Origin: Candidatus Parvarchaeota archaeon
Lineage (GTDB): Archaea > Nanobdellota > Nanobdellia > JAFCGN01
DNA: 64,000 nt
NCBI GenBank assembly: GCA_017608045.1
Contig: JAFCGN010000002.1
Location: 116,151 to 180,150, forward strand
Direction of reading: 5' to 3'
The notes under the pieces were generated by a model. It saw only the letters and a program-made list of their open reading frames with translations, had not been told where the DNA came from and did no database searches. Position 1 is the stretch's first letter. Every line of letters starts with the position of its first letter. Made by a program: the position numbers and the translations under genes. Positions 19,408 to 27,487 of this stretch are shown here, piece by piece.

Positions 19408-20194
19408 TTCTTTCCACCATCGCTTCGCTGAATTCTTTAACCTTTATTTTTTTCTTTGAACTAAAATCCAAGTGTTTTGTGCATAAAGGGCATGTTGTTG
19501 ATAAAATGCTAACCTTTGTTTCAATTGCTTGTTTAATTCTTTCATTTCCTATTTTTCTGCTTAATTTTTTATTATTGCTTCCTACCCCTCCTCCTGCACC
19601 GCAACACATGGAATTTTCTTTAGTATCTTTCATTTCTATAATCTTGTATCCTGCAAGTTCAAGCAGTTTTCTTGGTGAATTATAAATATTAGAATATCTT
19701 CCAAGATGGCAGGGGTCGTGATAGGTTATTTTTGTTGGGTTTTTGCAATTTCTCCATTTTTTTTTGAATTTTATTTTTCCTTTTTTAACAGCACTAAGCA
19801 TAACTTCTGTGAAATATTCTGCTTTTATATCCCATTTTGGAAAATATTTTGGATATAATTTATTTAATGTGTAAAAACACGCAGGACAGTTTGTAATTAT
19901 TTTTTTAATGCTATGCATTTTAAAAATTTCATAATTTTTTTTAATCAAATTTATAAAATCTTCTTTGTATCCTGCATTAATTGCTGGAGAGCCGCAACAA
20001 TTTTCTAAATCACTTAATTCTATGTAATTAATACCCATTTTTTCTAAAAGCATTTCATAATTTTTTTTTATATCTTTGATTACATATTTTGTAAGACAAC
20101 CTGGATAATATAATGTGTTACCACTAAAAAATATGTGTTCTATTTTTTTCATAATTTCTTTTTTAAACTTTTTAATTTTTTTCATCATTTTCAT
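19400..20194 (-). CDS. CCG-domain Fe-S protein (GlcF C-terminal half / HdrD/LutA-like)
   Basis: Two CCG motifs (NCCGSPAINAGY; MCCGAGGGVG), each with CPxC (TNCPACF; TTCPLCT). 8-nt overlap with the FAD oxidase gene. Confidence 0.7.
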   Translation of the reverse strand: MKMMKKIKKFKKEIMKKIEHIFFSGNTLYYPGCLTKYVIKDIKKNYEMLLEKMGINYIELSDLENCCGSPAINAGYKEDFINLIKKNYEIFKMHSIKKIITNCPACFYTLNKLYPKYFPKWDIKAEYFTEVMLSAVKKGKIKFKKKWRNCKNPTKITYHDPCHLGRYSNIYNSPRKLLELAGYKIIEMKDTKENSMCCGAGGGVGSNNKKLSRKIGNERIKQAIETKVSILSTTCPLCTKHLDFSSKKKIKVKEFSEAMVERIE

Positions 20195-20262
20195 ATTTGC
20201 ACCATAAAATTTATTTGTTTTTTTAGTTCATATTTGCTTAATTTTTTCTGTTATCTTATTTA

Positions 20263-21420
20263 TTAAATTATTTTTTTGAACATTGCGAGAGCAATCAAAA
20301 GCATTATAATTCCTGAAACTAATTTCATCCACTTTTTTTCTTTCCCTCTCCATTTTTCTAATTTTTTTGGATTCCCTCCTTTATATACAATTAAAAGTAT
20401 TAAAAATAAAGGCAGGACAAAAATGATATTGTAAATGAAAAGATAAAATATTGCTTTTGTTCTTATGTTTGTTGCTAATAATGACAGAATTGCAAGATAC
20501 ATTCCTCCTGTGCAAGGAAGTTCGAAAAGGGCAACGAAAGCACCAAGAATTAATGCTGCAGGAAAAGTTGCTTTTTTAATATATTTTTCTATTAATGGTT
20601 TTTTATTTTCAGGTATCTTAAAACTTATTCCTTTCCCATACCAAAAGAAATCCTTTATGTTAATTATGCCAATTATGATTAAGATAATTATTGCAATATT
20701 TCTTATAATAATTCCTATTATTGATATTTGGATTGCTTTAAGCAAACCAAGGCCTGCAAAGAAATAAACAATGAAGACCATAAAAATATAAGTCACACCT
20801 ATGAGGAGTATCTTCTTTTTTGCTTTTATACTAAATAAATAAACAAGAAGGAAAATAAGCACGCCAAATGCGCAGGGATTAAAACTATCAGCAAGAGCAG
20901 CAGATAAAATAGCAAATATTGTAATATTTCTTTTTGAATTAATTATTGTTGTTTCTTCTTTTAACGTGTATTCATATGGATTAACAACGCCTTCTTTGTA
21001 TTTTTTAATTGCATTGTTAATAATTAATTTATCTTCTGCAGATGGTTTTGGACTTGAGCACCCAACAATATAGTCTTCGCCTATAATTAACGTTGGCACT
21101 CCACCTTCTTTGTAAATATCCTTTCCATATTTTTTTGAAATATTTTCAAAAAATTTTAAATTTGTTTCATTTTGGTAAATTTCAAAATATTTAATGTCTA
21201 ATTTAGGGTTTTCTTTTTCAAGTGTATTCAAATACTCTTTTAAAGCAGCACAATGAGGACAACCCAAACCCCAAAATAAATACCCATGAATTAATCCATC
21301 ATCTGGAATGTTGCTTTGATTTTCTAATGCAGAACTTAAATTAAGAGTATTTAAGATTAGAAAAACTATTGGAAGTATTCCTAAAATCCTGTTGTGATTT
21401 TTTTTTATCATTTTAATCAC
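20263..21420 (-). CDS. Thiol:disulfide interchange membrane protein: secreted thioredoxin domain fused to a CcdA/DsbD-type transmembrane domain
   Basis: Signal-like N-terminus. Trx active site GCPHC. TM region with conserved Cys in NPCAFGVLIF and ELPCTGGMY (CcdA signature). Confidence 0.7.
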   Translation of the reverse strand: MIKMIKKNHNRILGILPIVFLILNTLNLSSALENQSNIPDDGLIHGYLFWGLGCPHCAALKEYLNTLEKENPKLDIKYFEIYQNETNLKFFENISKKYGKDIYKEGGVPTLIIGEDYIVGCSSPKPSAEDKLIINNAIKKYKEGVVNPYEYTLKEETTIINSKRNITIFAILSAALADSFNPCAFGVLIFLLVYLFSIKAKKKILLIGVTYIFMVFIVYFFAGLGLLKAIQISIIGIIIRNIAIIILIIIGIINIKDFFWYGKGISFKIPENKKPLIEKYIKKATFPAALILGAFVALFELPCTGGMYLAILSLLATNIRTKAIFYLFIYNIIFVLPLFLILLIVYKGGNPKKLEKWRGKEKKWMKLVSGIIMLLIALAMFKKII

Positions 21421-21460
21421 ATAGCAATATTTTTATTTATGTGTAACAATATTTAAATTT

Positions 21461-21946
21461 ATGTTTCAAAAAATGAAACCAAAAAATAAGTCTGTTTTTA
21501 CTCTATTAAGCATAGTTGTTTTTATTTTTCTTGTTTCAACCATAAGTGCATACTATGATATTAAAGCGAGAGAAGGACAACTATGTGGTTGCAAGCCATC
21601 TTTATCAATTATCATAACTTTGTTGTCTTCAGCGGGCATTGCTGTTGGAATTGTTTTGTCAAACGTTATCACACAAGGAGAAGAAATAAAAAAACAAGAA
21701 ATAGATACATTACCATTTTTGGATTTTCTTGAAAGTGATGAAAGAATGATAATTTTAAAATTAATAGAAAACAAGGGGAGAATACCTCAAGCAAAGTTGA
21801 ACAAACTAGATGGTTTTAGCAGAGTAAAGGTTCATAGAACAATAGAAAAACTTAAAGCAAAAGGGATTATTCTTAAGGAAAGAACAGGTAAAGTAAATAA
21901 AATTATTTTAAACTCTAAATATAATCTGCTTTTAAAAAAAGATTAA
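21461..21946 (+). CDS. Membrane-anchored wHTH regulator (N-terminal TM helices, C-terminal winged helix)
   Basis: TM segments (VFTLLSIVVFIFLV; IIITLLSSAGIAVGIVL). C-terminal LKLIENKGRIPQAKLNKLDGFSRVKVHRTIEKLKAKGII is MarR/TrmB-like. Confidence 0.45.
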   Translation: MFQKMKPKNKSVFTLLSIVVFIFLVSTISAYYDIKAREGQLCGCKPSLSIIITLLSSAGIAVGIVLSNVITQGEEIKKQEIDTLPFLDFLESDERMIILKLIENKGRIPQAKLNKLDGFSRVKVHRTIEKLKAKGIILKERTGKVNKIILNSKYNLLLKKD

Positions 21947-22254
21947 TATTTTCTTATGAAATTGCAGTTAGTATCTACTTCTACAAAATGTTTTGCAGTG
22001 CCATTTCTAAAAGCATCGCACTGATTCTCAGGAAGGTTGTCAATATCTTCTCTTGGAGAATGCGCAACATCGCAAACCCATCCTTTATAAATAAAATTAT
22101 TAATGCATGGCCCATTGCTTAAATCAATATTTTGTCTTTTGAAATCAAGGCATTCTTTTTCGCATTTTTTTATAATGTCTTCTCTTGTGCATCCAAGAAT
22201 AAAGCAGGAAACAATTATGCATAAAACAAATATTTTTTTCTTCATTTTAATCAT
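21943..22254 (-). CDS. Small secreted Cys-rich protein (lipobox-like ILGC)
   Basis: Signal peptide MKKKIFVLCIIVSCFILGC. At least 8 Cys in the ~80-aa mature part. Confidence 0.35.
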   Translation of the reverse strand: MIKMKKKIFVLCIIVSCFILGCTREDIIKKCEKECLDFKRQNIDLSNGPCINNFIYKGWVCDVAHSPREDIDNLPENQCDAFRNGTAKHFVEVDTNCNFIRKY

Positions 22255-22255
22255 T

Positions 22256-23269
22256 TTATTGTGGGATTATGGATTTTACTCCAATCTTTTGGTTTTTGAA
22301 AGAATTGAACAATTTTTCAACAATTTTTAATTTTGTTTCAAATGCATTTTCATAATTATCAACCCAGAACCTCACAAGCAGGACAATGTCATCTTTTTCA
22401 ACTTTAAGATAATCAATTTCTGTTTTACTTCCTTTATCAAAGTGCTCTAATTTTTTGATTTCTTTATTTATTATTCTTTTTATTTTCATTATTTCTGAAT
22501 CTCTTGGAACAGAAATCTCCATTTCAATCATTAGTTTTGGATTTGGTCTTCCATAATTTTTTACTATCATGCTTGTAAGTTTGCTATTTGGAATGTTTAA
22601 TATTTCATTTTTAAATGTTTTTATTTTTGTGCTTCTAAAACCAACATCATAAACAATGCCCACATCTCCTTTTTCTGTTTTTATTTTTTCACCTATTTTG
22701 AATGTTTGGTCTGCAATTAATGAAACGCCACTTATTATATTTGCTAAGGTGTCTTTAACAGCAAGGCTTACAGCAATTCCAGCTATGCCAAGTCCTGCAA
22801 CAAAAGCGGTTATGTCAAATTCCCATATTTTTAAAATAGACACAAATGCAAGAATCCATAATACCCATTGAGATGTTTTTTTAATAAAAGGTTTTAAACT
22901 TCTCTGAATTGTTTTTGGTTTTTGTTTAAACCAAAAATTTAAACCAACTGTTGCGATTTTGATTATCATTCTTGTTATTATGATTACAATTATTGATAAA
23001 AGCAGGTTTATTAAAACAAAATTATAATTTTTTGGAAGATTAAGGTATTTTATGCCTAAAATTAAACCAGTTATTAGAAATGAAGAAGTTATAGGACCTC
23101 TTGTTACATCAAATAAGAAATCATCTACTTTTGTTTTTGTTTTTTCTATTTTTTTCTTTAAATATATTTGAAAAAAAGCAATTAGCATCTTTGATGCTAA
23201 GAAAAACACAAATACAATACCAAATGCTCTTATATATGGCAACAATTTATTCAATTCAACTAAAACCAT
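22256..23269 (-). CDS. Small-conductance mechanosensitive channel (MscS family)
   Basis: Three N-terminal TM helices then the MscS beta-domain signature GIAGIAVSLAVKDTLANIISGVSLIADQTFKIGE...GIVYDVGFRSTKIKT. Confidence 0.75.
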   Translation of the reverse strand: MVLVELNKLLPYIRAFGIVFVFFLASKMLIAFFQIYLKKKIEKTKTKVDDFLFDVTRGPITSSFLITGLILGIKYLNLPKNYNFVLINLLLSIIVIIITRMIIKIATVGLNFWFKQKPKTIQRSLKPFIKKTSQWVLWILAFVSILKIWEFDITAFVAGLGIAGIAVSLAVKDTLANIISGVSLIADQTFKIGEKIKTEKGDVGIVYDVGFRSTKIKTFKNEILNIPNSKLTSMIVKNYGRPNPKLMIEMEISVPRDSEIMKIKRIINKEIKKLEHFDKGSKTEIDYLKVEKDDIVLLVRFWVDNYENAFETKLKIVEKLFNSFKNQKIGVKSIIPQ

Positions 23270-23302
23270 ATTTAATAATTAAAACTTTTTTAATTTAAAT
23301 AT

Positions 23303-24625
23303 TTACATAGTTGGTTGGTTTTTGCAAGCGTATTCTCCTTCAAAACATTTTTTTAAAGAAAGACAGGTTGGAGCACTTAATTTGGCAAGATAGGTGTTTT
23401 TACTTTTAATTTCTTTATTTAATAAATTAAAAAATTCTCTTATTGATTTTTGAGCATTATTGCACGTTCTTACTCTGCTAACACGCACGTAATTATCAAA
23501 AGTTGTGGTACCATAGATTTCTGGAATAATTGTTCCTTGTGGGAATATGCTTGTTAAACAGTTTTTAATTTTTTCAAATCTTTTAGAATTAATAATTTCT
23601 TCAATAATATTTCTTGTTTCTTCTTGCATAAATTCAAAAAATTCTTCAATTAAATTAAAATTGGACATATCTAATGTGCTAAAACTCTTTGGAGTTGAAA
23701 AATGGTAATTTTTTGCAATTTCTTTGTTTTTTGTTCTTATAAGATGAAAACTTCTGTGTCTTATTAGTTGATTATATGTGAAAAAAGGCATTTCTTTAAA
23801 AATAAAAGATAATCTTCCAACTTTAAAAAACTCTGGAATCTTTTCTCTTGAAGAATTTACAATTTTTTCAAGATTAGTTTCATTTATTTCATAATTATTC
23901 ATCAAGCAATAATTTTTGAAAAGTTCTTTTTCGTCATCCATTGTTAAAATTGAACTTCTTGGTTTCCCATCTAACAAAAAACATTTATGCTCTTTAACTT
24001 CTATTTTTCTTTTTAAAATTAAAGGATATTTTGAATTGTATTCTTCGAAAGATTCAATTATTTCAGGCAAGTAATCCCTTGTTTGCTCCCAAACTTTATT
24101 AATAATCTTTTTTGTTTCCAAAGGCACCTCTAATAAATCTACTTCTCTTTTTAATGCAGCAATTTCTCTTAAACTCATATTTTCAATAATATTGCTTTTT
24201 ACTGCTTGCGGCAGAACCATTCTTGCTTCTTCAGAAGGTATCTTTTCTTTTAATTTGTTGTAAAGCGTTTCTGCTTTTTTAAAAAATTTTTTACAATCAA
24301 CAATGTCTTCAAGTTCATATATTTTTTCAAAAAATATTTCTTTTGATTCAAGTGCCTTTCTTTGACTTTGTTGTCCTGCAAAGTAATACTTGCTGTTCTC
24401 AAGTAATCCAAGAATTCCAGCACGACTTCCTATTATGTAAAAAGGAATTGGAACCTCTGCTGGTTCATGATGTCCAGCACAGATTGTTTTTAAGATAAGA
24501 GGGAGATTTTTTTCTCTATTATATGTTTGAGGCATTTTTTTTGATTGGCAGGTTCTTGTATTAATAAAAATTCTTTTTTCAATCTCGCGAGCTCTTGCTT
24601 TGCTTAACAAAACTTTGACTTTCAT
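23303..24625 (-). CDS. ThyX-like (flavin-dependent thymidylate synthase family) protein with two tandem ThyX-like domains. The first has lost the RHR motif.
   Basis: Domain 2 keeps the RHR motif (FTYNQLIRHRSFHL; compare ThyX WFRHRIASYNELS). Domain 1 has AGHHEPAEVP and ARMVLPQAV…NMSLREIAALKR, which parallel ThyX HGHETPFEH and ARIVLPLNLYT…NARSLMNFLNLR. Confidence 0.4.
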   Translation of the reverse strand: MKVKVLLSKARAREIEKRIFINTRTCQSKKMPQTYNREKNLPLILKTICAGHHEPAEVPIPFYIIGSRAGILGLLENSKYYFAGQQSQRKALESKEIFFEKIYELEDIVDCKKFFKKAETLYNKLKEKIPSEEARMVLPQAVKSNIIENMSLREIAALKREVDLLEVPLETKKIINKVWEQTRDYLPEIIESFEEYNSKYPLILKRKIEVKEHKCFLLDGKPRSSILTMDDEKELFKNYCLMNNYEINETNLEKIVNSSREKIPEFFKVGRLSFIFKEMPFFTYNQLIRHRSFHLIRTKNKEIAKNYHFSTPKSFSTLDMSNFNLIEEFFEFMQEETRNIIEEIINSKRFEKIKNCLTSIFPQGTIIPEIYGTTTFDNYVRVSRVRTCNNAQKSIREFFNLLNKEIKSKNTYLAKLSAPTCLSLKKCFEGEYACKNQPTM

Positions 24626-24704
24626 TTATTAATTTTTATTATATTCTTATTAAAAAGAATTTAGGTGTTTGATTAATTATTCTTTATTGAATATTTTTTA
24701 TGTG

Positions 24705-24980
24705 TTAATACTTTTTTTTCTTTAAATGAATGATTTTTTCTGCTATGATTTCAGAATCTTTATACTGAAATTTATTATTCTTACTAACTAATGAGTTAAT
24801 GTCTTCTTGATTATTACAATAAAAGTATTTTTTATAAAAACCTTTTTTGCAAATATTCCTTTGAATATCCAATGCCAGGTCATATCCTACCAAATTTTTT
24901 TCATTTTTTTTTGTTTTCACAATTTCTAAGTTTATTTTTTTGATATCATGTTTTTTACAGATTTCATCTAAGGTTGTCAT
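24705..24980 (-). CDS. Hypothetical 91-aa protein
   Basis: ORF only, between PurF and the ThyX-like gene on the same strand. Confidence 0.25.
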   Translation of the reverse strand: MTTLDEICKKHDIKKINLEIVKTKKNEKNLVGYDLALDIQRNICKKGFYKKYFYCNNQEDINSLVSKNNKFQYKDSEIIAEKIIHLKKKKY

Positions 24981-25034
24981 GTTAATTTATACAAAATGTT
25001 GTGTTTTTAAATTTTTTATTATGTTCATTTTTTT

Positions 25035-26453
25035 TTAAATAATTTTTTTAACAGCATTAAGCCATTTCATTTGCTCTTTTGCTTTTTCTTTTGCTAAAGG
25101 AGTAAAATATTTGTTAGTAAGGCAGGATTCACAAATATCTTCTAAACCAAGACTTTTTTTTAAGCAATCCCTACTTGCATAAAATAATTCATCAACTCCA
25201 ATATACTCTTTTATTTCTTCAACATTTTTTTCAAAAGCAACAAATTCATTGTAATTCCTCATATCTATTCCATAATAACAAGGTGCAATTATTTTTGGAC
25301 AAGTTATCCAAAGACCTATCTTCTTGGGTTTTGCTTCCTTCACCATTTCAATAATTGTTTTTGATGTGTTTCCTCTTACAATGCTGTCATCAACAAACAA
25401 GATTTTTTTATTAAAAATAACATCTTTCATAATGCTTAGTTTGCTTTTTACTGCTTTGCTTCTATCCTTTGGCATAATAAATGTTCTTGGTATATACCTA
25501 TTTTTTATTAATGCTTCTCGTATGGGCAAACCTGTGATTTCATTTATTCCTTCAGCAGCGGTTCTTGATGTGTCAGGAACAGGACTTATAAAATCGTAAT
25601 CAATGCTTTTGGGTTCTATTCTATTTTTCAAAGAATATTCTAATGCCATATTCTTTCCAAGATTAAACCTTGCCTCTCTTACGCTTTTTCCGTCAATCAC
25701 TGAATCAGGTCTGCTGAAATAAACAAATTCAAACATGCATTGTTTTGGAGTTGCTTTAACAATTTGTTTTTTCTTAATACTCCAATCTTTTATAATTATT
25801 AATTCTCCAGGCTTAACAGAAAAATATTTTCTAACATTATTCTTTATTAATGCAGGAGTTTCTGAAGCAATAATAAAACTATTTTCATTCATTCCATAAA
25901 CTAATGGATGAATGCCATATCTGTCTCTAAAAGCAAATAATTCATTATTTCCTGTAATCCCTATAACAGAATAAGCGCCTTCTAATTTGTTCATGCAAGT
26001 ATTCACTGCTTCTTCAAGAGTTTTATTATTTTTCAATTCTTCTGCTAAAATGTGTAGGATAACTTCATGATCTGCATCTGTTTGAAAAAGATTGCCTTTT
26101 CTTTTTAATTCTTCTTCTAATTCACTATAATTAACAATGTTTCCATTATGGCATAAACTTAGTCCATTCTTTACAGTATAAAGAATGCTTGGCTGTGCAA
26201 ACCTATCTATGAGTATTTCTTTTTTGCCAATTGTTGAATATCTTAAGTGCCCTATGCCTAAAATTCCTTCAGGATAATCTTCTAATTTTTTTTCAGTTAC
26301 AAGACCCTTATATTTTACTAAATTAAAGTTAATTCCGTCAAAAACAGCAACGCCATTTGCTTCTTGTCCTCTGTGCTGCAATTCAATTAATCCATAATAA
26401 AGAGTGTTTTTTACTCCAATTTCGTTTTTCCATACCCCTATAATCCCGCACAT
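25035..26453 (-). CDS. purF: Amidophosphoribosyltransferase
   Basis: N-terminal nucleophile MCGIIGVW (Ntn class II GATase). PRTase motif ILFVDDSIVRGNTSK. Confidence 0.85.
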   Translation of the reverse strand: MCGIIGVWKNEIGVKNTLYYGLIELQHRGQEANGVAVFDGINFNLVKYKGLVTEKKLEDYPEGILGIGHLRYSTIGKKEILIDRFAQPSILYTVKNGLSLCHNGNIVNYSELEEELKRKGNLFQTDADHEVILHILAEELKNNKTLEEAVNTCMNKLEGAYSVIGITGNNELFAFRDRYGIHPLVYGMNENSFIIASETPALIKNNVRKYFSVKPGELIIIKDWSIKKKQIVKATPKQCMFEFVYFSRPDSVIDGKSVREARFNLGKNMALEYSLKNRIEPKSIDYDFISPVPDTSRTAAEGINEITGLPIREALIKNRYIPRTFIMPKDRSKAVKSKLSIMKDVIFNKKILFVDDSIVRGNTSKTIIEMVKEAKPKKIGLWITCPKIIAPCYYGIDMRNYNEFVAFEKNVEEIKEYIGVDELFYASRDCLKKSLGLEDICESCLTNKYFTPLAKEKAKEQMKWLNAVKKII

Positions 26454-27224
26454 TTATCTTACCTTACAGGTTTTGAAGTATTTTTTTCCAATATTTTCAA
26501 ATTCCTCTAATTCTTCCTGAGTAAATGTTTTTTCTTTTTCATAAGAAGGGTCTAATGTTTTTATTGGTCTAAAATTTTGAATGTAAAAATTCACTTCTTT
26601 TCTTGTTTTTTCCTTTCCTATTAATTTGCTTATTTCTTCAAACATTTTTAAGATAAACTCTTTATTATGAAGTTTTGGTACGACAGTAGTTCTTAATTCA
26701 TATTTAAATTCCGGGTTTTTTTCAGAATATTTTGACAATATTAAAATGCTTTTTTTAATTAAATTCGTATTTATTTTCACACCTATTGTATTATTGTATT
26801 CTTCAAAACAATTTTTTATATCCATAGCAACATAATCAATTAGGTTTGAATTAAGTAAATCATTTAAAATGTCAGGAAAGCTTCCATTTGTATCTAACTT
26901 TACACCAAAACCCATTTTTTTTATTTCTTTACAAAAATTTTTTAATCCAGGACTTAAAGTTGGTTCTCCTCCTGTAATGCACACACCATCAAGCCATTTT
27001 TTTCTTGTTTTTAAAAAATCAAAAAATTCTTTTTCCTCTATGTTTTTTGTTTTTTCAGGATGTATAACTAATTCAGGATTATGACAGAAAGGGCATCTAA
27101 AATTGCAATAACCAAGAAAAACTGTTGAACAAATTTTTTCAGGCCAATCAATTAAACTTGTTTTGATAAATCCTTTTAATGGAAGGAATTTTTTATTACC
27201 TCCATTTTTTTCTTTATTATTCAT
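26454..27224 (-). CDS. nrdG: Anaerobic ribonucleotide reductase activating protein (radical SAM)
   Basis: CNFRCPFCHN (CX3CX2C radical-SAM motif) and GGEPTL. Immediately downstream of nrdD and the grx-like gene. Confidence 0.75.
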   Translation of the reverse strand: MNNKEKNGGNKKFLPLKGFIKTSLIDWPEKICSTVFLGYCNFRCPFCHNPELVIHPEKTKNIEEKEFFDFLKTRKKWLDGVCITGGEPTLSPGLKNFCKEIKKMGFGVKLDTNGSFPDILNDLLNSNLIDYVAMDIKNCFEEYNNTIGVKINTNLIKKSILILSKYSEKNPEFKYELRTTVVPKLHNKEFILKMFEEISKLIGKEKTRKEVNFYIQNFRPIKTLDPSYEKEKTFTQEELEEFENIGKKYFKTCKVR

Positions 27225-27484
27225 ATGTTATTATCCTCTAACCATTTTTTAATTTCTTCAAGCGTTGGAGGTTTGCCTCTCCATGCTTTTTTTTCTTCAT
27301 CATTGTGCGTTATTATTATGCTTGGCGTGCTCATTACATTATGGATTGTTGCTTCTGTAAGTCCATTTAAAGACTCTATGTCATGAAACGCAACATTATG
27401 TCCTTCATCTTTCAAAATATTTCCTATTTTTTTTGCTTCAGGGCAGTTTGGACAGCCCTCTTTCCAAAAAATTTTTATTTCCAT
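27221..27484 (-). CDS. Glutaredoxin/NrdH-like small redoxin
   Basis: 87 aa. CPNCP active site near the N-terminus. Lies between nrdD and nrdG with 4-nt overlaps. Confidence 0.6.
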   Translation of the reverse strand: MEIKIFWKEGCPNCPEAKKIGNILKDEGHNVAFHDIESLNGLTEATIHNVMSTPSIIITHNDEEKKAWRGKPPTLEEIKKWLEDNNI

Positions 27485-27487
27485 TTT

